A stretch of DNA of 33,034 nt from a virus. Its lineage: Duplodnaviria > Caudoviricetes. Both the position numbers and the translations under genes were made by a program. The stretch lies in the IMG/VR virus record IMGVR_UViG_3300017978_000347, positions 1 to 33,034 of that record; one strand, given 5' to 3'. The notes beneath the pieces were generated by a model, which was not told the origin of the DNA, searched no databases, and saw only the letters and a program-made list of their open reading frames with translations. Shown one piece after another: positions 19,064-28,319 of this stretch; the stretch's first letter is position 1, and each line of letters starts with the position of its first letter.

Positions 19064-19683
19064 AGCGTGCCTGTTACGCCGGATGTGAAAACAAAAGCGG
19101 CCCAATAGAGGCAACCAGGGGTGTGCTTTGTGAAAAGTGTTATGAGGGCATCAGAGAGGCACTGCCAGAGGTCCCCGCAATTCTTTATCACTTACGCCAG
19201 GTCTATGCCATGCAGAGCAAGAGTGAACTGGAGGGCATCCGCAATATCAAAAAAGAGGCCCCTGCTCCACTCAACCTGCACGCACTAGATTTGACACTGC
19301 AGATTTTTTGGGCACTGTTTGAGCACCAGCCATCAGCTAAGTGGCAACCCTGGGAATACCTGGACATTGCCAGAGCTGAGACTTGGAGGCTCCAGCAAAA
19401 CCTGGACCTGGTTGTCAACTCCCGGAGAGTGGCCAGTTTATTGCCATTGCCTAAGTTGCTAAAGACCGCCAAAAAGTCATTCCCAACCAGGGAGGAAAAG
19501 CGGGTTACTGCCCTCCCCTGCCCGGTCTGTAATAAACGCACCATCTATGTTCCCCCACAATTTGAGGGTGACAATTTAGAGGTTGTTTGTTTTGATTGTG
19601 GCTTCAAGATACCGCCAGAAAAGATGGAATTTTACGCACTACTAGCCGAGAGAGAGGCCGCAGATGTTAGCCAAACTGATTGA
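19060..19683 (+). CDS. Zn-finger protein, candidate late transcription regulator
   Basis: N-terminal C...C/LC..C and C-terminal CPVC...C.DCG ribbons; occupies the late-regulator position; function inferred. Confidence 0.55.
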   Translation: MKRACYAGCENKSGPIEATRGVLCEKCYEGIREALPEVPAILYHLRQVYAMQSKSELEGIRNIKKEAPAPLNLHALDLTLQIFWALFEHQPSAKWQPWEYLDIARAETWRLQQNLDLVVNSRRVASLLPLPKLLKTAKKSFPTREEKRVTALPCPVCNKRTIYVPPQFEGDNLEVVCFDCGFKIPPEKMEFYALLAEREAADVSQTD

Positions 19684-19867
19684 TTTTTATAGACACACAC
19701 TAGGGCAAGACCTAGCAGGCCTTATTGAGAGCGCCGTAAGTTATGAGCGCAAGCGCATCACCAAGCTTATTGAGGCAGAGACTGTTGCTGATTGTTGCTG
19801 GCAATACCACTCAGGTCACGTTGCCAAAGCAAAGCTACTTGAGCTGATTGAGGGGGAGTCCAAGTGA
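19664..19867 (+). CDS. Small helical protein (ERKRI family)
   Basis: AVSYERKRITKLIE. Confidence 0.55.
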   Translation: MLAKLIDFYRHTLGQDLAGLIESAVSYERKRITKLIEAETVADCCWQYHSGHVAKAKLLELIEGESK

Positions 19868-20070
19868 GCCGGAAAATCCTGACCATTGCAGAGGCTGCTC
19901 AGATTATTGGTAAGAGCAAGCGCACTATCCAGCTATGGATTCAAAAGGGTGAGCTCAAGCCAATTGCTAGATACATTGACCTTGGTGACTTGATTGAGGT
20001 TGACCGCAAAATGAATGAGAACAGAGGCTATAGGGGCCACAAGAATAAGGGAGGACACGCCCATGAGTAA
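19864..20070 (+). CDS. Excisionase-like/MerR-type HTH DNA-binding protein
   Basis: LTIAEAAQIIGKSKRTIQLWIQKGEL. Confidence 0.82.
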   Translation: MSRKILTIAEAAQIIGKSKRTIQLWIQKGELKPIARYIDLGDLIEVDRKMNENRGYRGHKNKGGHAHE

Positions 20071-20136
20071 GATGCATAACTTGCACGCTTTAGGGTTATA
20101 CTTAGCGCAAGCGATAACTGGGACAGCGGGTGCTTC

Positions 20137-20370
20137 ATGCTAGAGGACCTCAAGCCAGTTTCTAATGCTAAGCCCGGTTGCCGGGTTGCAGTTGTAGCCG
20201 GCACTTTATCCGACAAAGATGCAGAGATTCTTTTTGCCGCTATTGCTGATAAAGGCGCATGGCCCATTAAAACCCTAAGAAAAGCACTCCAAGCCAAAGG
20301 CCTGGAAATAAGCGACACCCCGCTGACATCTCACCGGGCTCAGACCTGCATTTGTTATAGGGTGGGATGA
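20137..20370 (+). CDS. Small Cys/His protein coupled to the phosphoesterase
   Basis: C.V...HR...C.C pattern; ATGA overlap with the next gene. Confidence 0.6.
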   Translation: MLEDLKPVSNAKPGCRVAVVAGTLSDKDAEILFAAIADKGAWPIKTLRKALQAKGLEISDTPLTSHRAQTCICYRVG

Positions 20371-21518
20371 TGCTAGAAAACTTAAGTAATTCAGCGCCAA
20401 GGATTCCAACCCCTCCAAATGTCAGACCAGGCATAGAGTTCAACGGCTCCGAGGGTGAGGCACAGACCCCAGGGCTACAGGATGGGGCAGACTTCAAGCA
20501 ATACCTGGAGGATGCCGGATTCAACCTGGATGAAGTTGAAATCATAGGACCCCCACGCCTTAGCAGATGGCAAGTCTATGATGGCTCATGGCGCACAGCT
20601 TACAAATTTAGATTTAGACTACTCACTGGCGATGTTGTTGACCTGCCCCTGTTGTATAAGCAGGCCAAGGCTAAGGTCCCAAGGTTCACGCAGAGAGAAA
20701 AAACCGACAATGCTTTAGTCATTCTTTGGAGTGATTTGCAGGTTGGTAAAGCAGGCGCATCACGAGGCGGCACAGAGCAACTAATAGAGAGAGTGACAGA
20801 GGTCACCAATAAGCTCATCAGCCATGCCAAGGATGTAAAGCCCGCACGCATTATCTTTTGTGATGTCGGTGACATGATTGAGGGCTTTGAATCTGGGGGT
20901 AACCCAGGCCGCACCAATGACCTCAGCTTGATGGCCCAGGTTGACCTGGCCGCAACCCTTACATACGAGGCACTCAAAGGCCTAAGCAAATACTGTGATG
21001 ACATTGTTTATCTGACAGTAGGCTCCAACCACTGCCAATGGCGTGCAGGTAGGACCAGGCTAGGCGGCACACTAGATGACTGGGGTGTCCACATAGGCCG
21101 GACTCTAGCTAAGTTAGCTAAAGAGGTAGGCCTGCCCATTAGATTCTTTGAGCCAGAGGATACCCAGGAATCCCTAGCCTTTGATGTCTTTGATGACCAG
21201 TTCCACATCCTTGGTCTGTTTCATGGACACCAGGGTAATAGACCTGACAACATCCCAGCCTGGATTAGAGGGCAGATGTTTGGCCAAGCACCAACTAACA
21301 ACGCCACCATCTATTGCTCCGGTCATTATCATCACCTGGTTGTAAAAGAGTTAGGCAATACTCCACGAGGCTCTAGCAGATTCTGGATACAGGCCAAGAC
21401 CCTGGACAATGGCAGTGATTGGTTTAGACAGATAGCAGGCGAGGACTCCAGCCCAGGCTTGGTAACGTTCACGCTGCAAAAAGAAACAGAATTCACTGGC
21501 ACTGTCACTGTGTTGTAG
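20367..21518 (+). CDS. Calcineurin-like metallophosphoesterase (Mre11/SbcD-like fold)
   Basis: SDLQVG, GDMIEG, GSNH, HGHQ and GHYHH motifs. Confidence 0.85.
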   Translation: MMLENLSNSAPRIPTPPNVRPGIEFNGSEGEAQTPGLQDGADFKQYLEDAGFNLDEVEIIGPPRLSRWQVYDGSWRTAYKFRFRLLTGDVVDLPLLYKQAKAKVPRFTQREKTDNALVILWSDLQVGKAGASRGGTEQLIERVTEVTNKLISHAKDVKPARIIFCDVGDMIEGFESGGNPGRTNDLSLMAQVDLAATLTYEALKGLSKYCDDIVYLTVGSNHCQWRAGRTRLGGTLDDWGVHIGRTLAKLAKEVGLPIRFFEPEDTQESLAFDVFDDQFHILGLFHGHQGNRPDNIPAWIRGQMFGQAPTNNATIYCSGHYHHLVVKELGNTPRGSSRFWIQAKTLDNGSDWFRQIAGEDSSPGLVTFTLQKETEFTGTVTVL

Positions 21519-21529
21519 GGGTTAGAAAA

Positions 21530-21871
21530 ATGACCCCCCCTCCCCCCTCACATAACTGGGACTCCAGTAAGAGACGGCAAGACCCCCCCTACTGGGCTGC
21601 ACTTAGGCAACAGGTAATCACTAGGGCTAATGGCTTATGTGAGCAGATGTCTGAGCCTGACCTGTTTGAGCCAGAGCCTAAGCGCTGCAACTACAGGGCA
21701 AACCAGGTTGACCACATCATTAATCTTGCTGCGGGCGGCAATGACCACATGACTAACCTCCAATTATTATGTGAGTATCATCACAAACAAAAGACCTCCA
21801 GGGAGGCTGCTAAGGGCCGTAAGCCTAGGACAGAGCGGCATCCTATAGAGAGACATCCAGGCTGGCATTAG
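21530..21871 (+). CDS. HNH endonuclease (packaging-associated, HK97 gp74-like)
   Basis: W..LR..V..R..G.C, VDHI, D...NLQ.LC..HH..KT motifs; upstream of the terminase. Confidence 0.9.
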   Translation: MTPPPPSHNWDSSKRRQDPPYWAALRQQVITRANGLCEQMSEPDLFEPEPKRCNYRANQVDHIINLAAGGNDHMTNLQLLCEYHHKQKTSREAAKGRKPRTERHPIERHPGWH

Positions 21872-22079
21872 CCTCCTACTGATACCCCTGCCCCTCCGCT
21901 GCACCGGCATCCCCCGGACTAACACCTCCCCTACCTCCCTGCTCCAGGACAATAGGGCATTGGCTTCACCTACCCACAGACTATGGGGGGACCACCTCCC
22001 CCACCCTGGCCACCAAAGGCGGAGAGGTGCTGTGGCTCGCTGTGCGTATGATTTGCTAAGGCATCGGGTATAGCTACTC

Positions 22080-22104
22080 CACACGCTTCACACGCTGCAC
22101 ACGC
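22080..22104 (+). repeat. CACACGC x3 with 9-bp period
   Basis: Copies at 22080, 22089 and 22098. Confidence 0.85.
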
Positions 22105-22177
22105 AGGCTAACTCCCAGCCAGTAGGCGGATTAGACCCCCGCTGCGCTCCAGGCCCTGAAAACACCGGCTTTACTAC

Positions 22178-22207
22178 TTGCTTTAATTTATCGTTACAGG
22201 CTAGAAT
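22178..22207 (+). promoter_or_regulatory. Leaderless SigA-like promoter
   Basis: TTGCTT-N18-TAGAAT with ATG 22215 seven nt downstream. Confidence 0.6.
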
Positions 22208-22214
22208 CAGGGGT

Positions 22215-22772
22215 ATGTTATGCGAGATTTGCTCCAGCCCCTGTTTCCCTGGGGCTCGTGGCCGTAAGCCCAGATTCTGCTCAGGCAGATGCCGGGTTGC
22301 TGCACACCGGGGCAAGACGTTCCCAGCCGAACTGATTGCTCTAGCCCGCTGGATTAGGCACAAGGCCAAGCGCCCCATGCACCCAGCCGGACACTGGATA
22401 AGCGTGACCAACCCGGAGGCGCTATCTAGCTACCAGGTAGCCAAGGCCTCCCAGGCCGGAGATGGCCTAGGCTTTGTCCTCAACGGCGATGGAATTATTT
22501 GCATTGACTTGGACCACTGCTATGACGGCGCTCCAAGCACAGAGGCCCAGGCACTGATTGACTCACTGCCCCAGACTTACATAGAGATTTCCCCCAGCGG
22601 CACAGGCCTGCACATTTGGGGTAAAGGCCAGATGGAAACAGGCCGCAAGTTCACCCGCAATGGGTTGAGCATTGAGGTGTATCCCAACGGCAGATTTATT
22701 ACCATGACCGGCAATGTCCTAACCAGGGCTGAGCTGGCAAACCTAGACATTAATGCAATTGTCGGAGACTGA
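22215..22772 (+). CDS. Zn-finger (CGNR-like) fused to a stand-alone primase-polymerase (AEP prim-pol) domain
   Basis: CEIC...FCSGRCRVAAHR, then GLGFVL..DG...IDLDHC, E.SPSG.GLH and IE.Y...RF.T.TG motifs. Confidence 0.8.
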   Translation: MLCEICSSPCFPGARGRKPRFCSGRCRVAAHRGKTFPAELIALARWIRHKAKRPMHPAGHWISVTNPEALSSYQVAKASQAGDGLGFVLNGDGIICIDLDHCYDGAPSTEAQALIDSLPQTYIEISPSGTGLHIWGKGQMETGRKFTRNGLSIEVYPNGRFITMTGNVLTRAELANLDINAIVGD

Positions 22773-22804
22773 AATAGTCTAAGACTTACTCGGAATGAGG
22801 AAAC

Positions 22805-23260
22805 ATGGCAATCCCAGGCAAAAAGCCAAATGAGCGCTCAGTCAACCGCACCCAGTCAAAGATTGATTGGACAGCCGTTGAGAATGTGGCCTATTCAGGC
22901 CCAGTCCCAGAGCTACCAGAATCCCGCACTTACATAAACCCCAAGGGCGAGGTCCAAGAGGTCCCCATTGAGCGCCGCACTCGTGAATGGTGGGAGGCAG
23001 TCACAAAGATGCCTCACTGTATCCTATGGCAGCCGTCTGATTGGCAGTTTTGCCTAGACACAGCTATGGTCCACGCCTCAGCTTCACATGGCTCAGTCTC
23101 TGCAATGTCAGAGCTCAGACAGCGTGAGAAAATCATGGGCACTACTGTAGATGCCCGCAGGGATTTGCGTATCCAATACGTTGAGCCCCAAATTCTTGAG
23201 TCAGTCCCAGCGGCAGTTATCAGTATTGATGAGCGCAGGACTAGGCTCCTAGATGCGTGA
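22805..23260 (+). CDS. terS: Terminase small subunit
   Basis: TREWW...P...W..SDW, ELRQRE...G.T...R..LRI motifs; overlaps terL. Confidence 0.8.
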   Translation: MAIPGKKPNERSVNRTQSKIDWTAVENVAYSGPVPELPESRTYINPKGEVQEVPIERRTREWWEAVTKMPHCILWQPSDWQFCLDTAMVHASASHGSVSAMSELRQREKIMGTTVDARRDLRIQYVEPQILESVPAAVISIDERRTRLLDA

Positions 23261-24914
23261 TTTAGTAAGGGCAGAAATCCATGACCGGCAGAGGTCACTT
23301 GGATGGATGGCCGTCTGGTGGATAGAAACTTTTTGTGTGCATGGTCCAGGTGACGTGCAAGGCCAAGATGTCAAGCTTGATGACGAATTCTCAGGCTTCA
23401 TCATTGACTCCTACGCCGTAGGCGAGGATGGCCGCAGGCTGTATGACTCAGCCTTTATTTCAAGAGCCAAAGGTAGAGCCAAATCTGAGCTTGCCGGCTT
23501 CATTGCTTTGTTTGAGGCAATGGGCCCAGCCAGATTCTCGCATTGGAGCGATGGCACAGAGACCTATGAGCGCAATGGCAACATTTACCAGTATTCCAAG
23601 GGTGACCCAGTAGGCGCAGAAGTGGTTGCCCCGGTTATCCGTTGTCTAGCTACTGAGGAAACTCAGGCCGGTAACACATATGACAACATTCATTTTAATT
23701 TGTCTGAGGGGCCACTAGCTGAGGGCCTCCCACGAGATGCAGCCGGACTAACCAGAATCTTTTTGCCTGGTGGCGGGGAAATCATCCCATCCACAGCAAG
23801 CTCATCATCCAAGGATGGTGGTAAAGAGTCATTTGTAGTCTTTGACGAGACTCACCTTTATACTCAGCCCGAACTTAAGCGTATGTATCAGACAACCAGG
23901 CGTAACCTTGCCAAGCGTAAGGCTGCAGAGCCCTGGTCACTTGAAACCTCCACGATGTATCTGCCCGGTGAGAAATCGGTGGCAGAGGAAACTCACGAAT
24001 TGGCCAAGGCCATTAAAGAGAGTAAGACCAAGCGCCAAAGGTTGCTGTTTGACCACAGAGAGGCAGACCCGGACATTGACCTCACTGATGAGGATGCAGT
24101 GCGGGCTGGATTACGTGAGGCCTATGGGCCTTTTGCTGATGTCATGGACATAGAGCGCATTATTAATGAAATCTATGACCCCCGAAATGACCCGCAGGAC
24201 TCCAGGCGCTATTACTTCAACCAACCAACATCCTCTAAGGATGCCTGGATTTCAGCCCCAGAATGGATGGCTTGCTCACAGCCTCAAGAGGTTGCCAAGA
24301 CAGATGAGATTACACTTGGCTTTGATGGTTCACGTAAGCGCTCACGAGGCGTTACAGATGCAACAGCCTTGATTGGCTGTAGAGTTTCAGACGGCTATCT
24401 TTTTGAGATAAAGGTCTGGGAGCAACCAGATGGACCCGCTGGCGAGGATTGGGAAATCCCCACAGCTGAGGTAGATTTTGAGGTGCGAAAAGCACACGAG
24501 AAATACAAGGTTGTTGGAATGTTTGCAGACCCCGCTAAGTGGGAGAGCTACATTGCCCAATGGGAGAGCGATTTTGGCAAGGCCTACAAGGTCAAGTCAT
24601 CACAGGCACACCCAATTGAGTGGTGGATGACCGGTAATAGGTCATACTTAGTTGTTAGAGCTTTGGAGCAATTCCAAAATGCTGTAATTGATAGAGAGAT
24701 GATTCACTCTGGAGATTTGGCATTGAGCCGGCACATACTAAACGCTAGACGGCGCTTAGGCAGGTCCGGTTTGTCTATTGCAAAAGAGCACCCAGATAGC
24801 AAGAATAAGATAGATGCTGCAGTTGCTGCAGTCCTGGCTTACCAGGCTAGACTTCAAGCACTCTCCAAGGGAGAGGCTACTAAAAATACTTTTGTTCCCC
24901 GCAGAATCCGTTAG
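23253..24914 (+). CDS. terL: Terminase large subunit
   Basis: Walker A-like SRAKGRAKS, Walker B VVFDETH, nuclease LGFDGS...DATAL and KIDAAVA motifs. Confidence 0.95.
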   Translation: MRDLVRAEIHDRQRSLGWMAVWWIETFCVHGPGDVQGQDVKLDDEFSGFIIDSYAVGEDGRRLYDSAFISRAKGRAKSELAGFIALFEAMGPARFSHWSDGTETYERNGNIYQYSKGDPVGAEVVAPVIRCLATEETQAGNTYDNIHFNLSEGPLAEGLPRDAAGLTRIFLPGGGEIIPSTASSSSKDGGKESFVVFDETHLYTQPELKRMYQTTRRNLAKRKAAEPWSLETSTMYLPGEKSVAEETHELAKAIKESKTKRQRLLFDHREADPDIDLTDEDAVRAGLREAYGPFADVMDIERIINEIYDPRNDPQDSRRYYFNQPTSSKDAWISAPEWMACSQPQEVAKTDEITLGFDGSRKRSRGVTDATALIGCRVSDGYLFEIKVWEQPDGPAGEDWEIPTAEVDFEVRKAHEKYKVVGMFADPAKWESYIAQWESDFGKAYKVKSSQAHPIEWWMTGNRSYLVVRALEQFQNAVIDREMIHSGDLALSRHILNARRRLGRSGLSIAKEHPDSKNKIDAAVAAVLAYQARLQALSKGEATKNTFVPRRIR

Positions 24915-24922
24915 GAGTAACA

Positions 24923-26248
24923 ATGGCCACGATGCTAAACGCATCCCAAACCAGCCTAGTCAAACACTTGGCTAAGCATCAGGGGCAGTTCAACCTGCTA
25001 GAGCGTTATTACAGTGGAGATGCCCCACTCCCAGAGGGAGCGGAGGGTCAGTCACGTGCTTACCGCAAGTTCCAGCGCAAGGCAAGGCTAAACCTTGGAC
25101 AGCTTGCAGTTGCTGCAGTAAAAGAGCGCATGATTATCTCTGGATTCCGCACAGGTGCAGACGATGACGAAAACGGCGATGCAGTAGCACGCAGACTTTG
25201 GAAAGCTAACAATTTGGATGTGGGCTCAGCTGACCTCCACACATACCTGCTAACTTTTGGGCACGCATACGCAATTGTTGGGCCGGCTAATGAGTCCGGT
25301 TACCCAGTTGTTACCATTGAGGACCCTAGACAGGTTTACGCACGCACATCCCCAACTGACCCAAGAAAAGTAACAGAGGCAGTCAAGCTGTTTACTGAGG
25401 GCGGCTACCATTACGCATACTTTTATTACCCAGAGCGCATTGAGGTTTATGTAAAGCCTACTGACCAGCCTATCTACGATGCAGAAAACTGGACATGGGC
25501 AGAAAACATTAGCTCAGACAACACACTTGGAGAGATTCCAGTTGTCAAGTTCACTAACGCAGACGGCAAGGGTGAGTTTGAGCCTTACCTAGACATCTTG
25601 GACAGAATTAACCACATGATTCTGCAGCGCCTGGTTATTGCAACCACTCAGGCATTTAGACAGCGTGTGCTCAAGGGCGATTTCCCAACGCATGACCAAG
25701 ACGGAAATGAAATTGATTACAGCGGAATCTTTGAGAGCAACGCAGGCTCACTTTGGATGGTTCCAGAATCTGCAGACGTTACCGAACTTGGCCAGGCAGA
25801 CATAAATGGAATTCTGCAGGCAGTAAGAGCAGACATTCAGGACTTTGCTGCAGTCACTCGCACTCCGATGCACTACCTAACCCCAGAGGGCGCTAATGGC
25901 TCAGCTGAGGGTGCAGCTTTAGCACGTGAGGGCCTTGTCTTTAAGACTGAGGACCGCATTGCCAGGGTTACATCTGGTTGGTCTGCAGTTATGTCTTTGA
26001 TGTTCAAGTGGACCGGAGACAATGAGCGTGCAGAGCTGTTGGACCTTGAGCCACTATGGAAACCAGCTGAGCGCTACAGCCTCTCAGAGCGTGCAGATGC
26101 AAATAGCAAGTTCCAGGATGTTCCATTCCGCTCACGTATGGCCCTAATTGGCCAGTTCAGCCCGGCTGAGATTGCTGAGATGGAAGTTGAGCGGGCCGGA
26201 GAGCAAATTCTAACTGCAACATTTGCGAGTGGAGCTGTTGTCCAATAG
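24923..26248 (+). CDS. Portal protein (SPP1 Gp6-like)
   Basis: YYSG, W.AN..D, G.AY, PVV.F.N, QAFRQR and TRTP.HY motifs; directly after terL. Confidence 0.92.
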   Translation: MATMLNASQTSLVKHLAKHQGQFNLLERYYSGDAPLPEGAEGQSRAYRKFQRKARLNLGQLAVAAVKERMIISGFRTGADDDENGDAVARRLWKANNLDVGSADLHTYLLTFGHAYAIVGPANESGYPVVTIEDPRQVYARTSPTDPRKVTEAVKLFTEGGYHYAYFYYPERIEVYVKPTDQPIYDAENWTWAENISSDNTLGEIPVVKFTNADGKGEFEPYLDILDRINHMILQRLVIATTQAFRQRVLKGDFPTHDQDGNEIDYSGIFESNAGSLWMVPESADVTELGQADINGILQAVRADIQDFAAVTRTPMHYLTPEGANGSAEGAALAREGLVFKTEDRIARVTSGWSAVMSLMFKWTGDNERAELLDLEPLWKPAERYSLSERADANSKFQDVPFRSRMALIGQFSPAEIAEMEVERAGEQILTATFASGAVVQ

Positions 26249-28319
26249 AGAGAGCCTAACTAGGGCATACCACAGACTGACTGCCATTACTACAAACAAT
26301 GCAGGTCAGTTAGCTAGTGATGCCTTTAACAAATTGGGCTCATGGCGCACAGAGGACATCCAGCGATACATTGATTCAGTGCTACCTGGAATGGATAACG
26401 CTAAGCGCACAATGTCTAACTACACCGCTGGTTACTATGGCCGCATTGCAGCGGATGAGCGCCAAACCTTTAAATCTGTATCTGTTCCACCAACTGCACT
26501 GACCACTCAGGCCCTTAGAAACGGCACTACAGCTGAAATGATTTGGGAGCGCCCATTCAAAGAGATGTGGGGCGAGCTAAGCAAGGGCAAAGACTTTAGC
26601 ACCGCACTGCAGGCTGGAGCACGCAGAGCAGACTGGACAGCTAGGACAGAAATTGAACTAGCCAAGCGCCAAGCCGGGCTAACTGTCAGGGATGGAAACA
26701 CCAACATTGTTGGGTATCTACGCACACTGTCCGGAGCAGAAAACTGTGGGCTTTGTTACTTGGCTTCAACTCAGCGCTATTGGCGTGGGGACTTGCTACC
26801 CATTCACCCTGGTTGCGATTGTGGCGAAACCCCAATTTACGGAAACACAGACGTTGGGCAGATTGTTGACCAGCAAACTTTGGATGCTACACACGAGGCT
26901 GTAGAGCAGCGCTTTGGGCAGTCTGATGCCTCCGGCAGACAGATTGACTACAGAAAAATTAAGATTGTCAACCACACTGAGCTAGGACCATATCTAACAG
27001 TTGAGGGTCACGAGTTTACAAAGATAAAACCACAAGACCTAAAGACACCAATTAAAATTGGTAAAAAAGTTGACCCCGCTGTAAAGCTGACATTTTTACA
27101 AAACATCAAGCCAAAACTGGACAAGATTAGCGCAAGCAAAATTGCGGATGACATCAAGCTTGAGCATGGGGATGTTAAGGTTGCAAGCCTAAAAGGTAAA
27201 GCAAAGGTTCAGGCCTTAGGCCAGAGAACATCTGCACACTTAGACAACATCACTACATTGGGCGCAGAGATTGATGGCGAAATCACCAAAAGAGTTGTTA
27301 GTGAAGTTAACAGCGTAAGCACAGGGGCGGCTGTAAAGGCCGCAACAGAAAAACTTGAGTCACTTGAGAATCTTTTAGCACAGACAAAACTTAAGTATGA
27401 AGCATCTTACCAAAAAGGCATTGCAGATGAGCTTGCAAAGCTAGATGCTAAAATTCAGCTTGATTACAAGGGCCTGGTTTCAAGAAACGCTAATCAAGAA
27501 TTCCTGGATGAGTGGCTAGGACAGTGGACTCCAGAAAAAAGATTAAGAGTTGCAGAATTTAACGCAAAAGGTCTTTTTGATTACTCACCTGCAGGGCAGG
27601 CGCTGAAAAAAGAAATTGGCCGGCTAAATGTTGAGGCCTACTCACTCAAACAAACTTTGCCTGGAAACATCATCCCTGGCAGTGAGAGGTATAACCAAAT
27701 CTATTCAGCAAAGGCCAGAGAGGTCTTGGCTGAGGTTAGAGCGCTTGGACAGGGTGGCCCTAAGTTTGCAGGCAGCGTAAAAGTCAATGAAATTGTGGAT
27801 GAAGCTAAAAAGTTTTATCCTAATGATTGGCTTGATGCAGCTAACGCAAGATTTGGCGCAATTGAAACCAAAACAGTAACTCGTGGTTATTTCAATCAAG
27901 CTAGTAAAACCCTAGCCGTCAGCTTTGATAAAGCCCAGGGATTCACCCCAGGCCTTGCAACGGCAGTGCACGAAATTGGCCATATGTTTGAGTATTCAGT
28001 GACCGGCCTTAGAGAGCTAGAGTTTGCCTTTGCTCATAAAAGAGCAGCCCTAAACCCAAAGCGCACTAACTTGGGGAGCAAAGAGGTTGGTTTTGAGGAC
28101 ACCTGGCGCAATCTTTACTCTGGCAAAGACTATGGCTACCAGGTAGACTCAGCTTATGAAATCTTTACTACCGGAGTTGAGTCTGTCTTTGTGGGCAGTA
28201 ATCTTTTCAGCCCCCCTAGCTACTCAGGCTCCAAATACCTTAATAAGTCCTTACCATCAAACATACCAATTGATGATGAGTTTAGAAAATTTGTTTTAGG
28301 AGTATTGTTTAGCCTATGA
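26223..28319 (+). CDS. MuF-like minor head/capsid maturation protein fused to a C-terminal HEXXH zinc metallopeptidase
   Basis: N-terminal R...RTE and NCGLC..AS...HPGCDC motifs, a helical linker, then HEIGH (27969-27983) and YEIFTTGVE. Confidence 0.8.
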   Translation: MRVELLSNRESLTRAYHRLTAITTNNAGQLASDAFNKLGSWRTEDIQRYIDSVLPGMDNAKRTMSNYTAGYYGRIAADERQTFKSVSVPPTALTTQALRNGTTAEMIWERPFKEMWGELSKGKDFSTALQAGARRADWTARTEIELAKRQAGLTVRDGNTNIVGYLRTLSGAENCGLCYLASTQRYWRGDLLPIHPGCDCGETPIYGNTDVGQIVDQQTLDATHEAVEQRFGQSDASGRQIDYRKIKIVNHTELGPYLTVEGHEFTKIKPQDLKTPIKIGKKVDPAVKLTFLQNIKPKLDKISASKIADDIKLEHGDVKVASLKGKAKVQALGQRTSAHLDNITTLGAEIDGEITKRVVSEVNSVSTGAAVKAATEKLESLENLLAQTKLKYEASYQKGIADELAKLDAKIQLDYKGLVSRNANQEFLDEWLGQWTPEKRLRVAEFNAKGLFDYSPAGQALKKEIGRLNVEAYSLKQTLPGNIIPGSERYNQIYSAKAREVLAEVRALGQGGPKFAGSVKVNEIVDEAKKFYPNDWLDAANARFGAIETKTVTRGYFNQASKTLAVSFDKAQGFTPGLATAVHEIGHMFEYSVTGLRELEFAFAHKRAALNPKRTNLGSKEVGFEDTWRNLYSGKDYGYQVDSAYEIFTTGVESVFVGSNLFSPPSYSGSKYLNKSLPSNIPIDDEFRKFVLGVLFSL

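Larger units (their letters stand above)
21872..22214. other. Non-coding region, probable cos/packaging site and physical genome ends
   Basis: Longest gap in the genome, between HNH and the terminase module; C-rich tract, TGGGGGG/CTCCCCCA hairpin (21984-22003) and CACACGC x3. Confidence 0.55.

Noticed and set aside
19864-20070. Excisionase implying a temperate lifestyle
   Set aside because: No integrase or repressor was recognised; such HTH proteins also act as general regulators
21767-22411. Minus-strand ORFs of 105 and 107 aa over the putative cos region
   Set aside because: No recognisable motifs or RBS; they arise from skewed composition and overlap better-supported + strand genes
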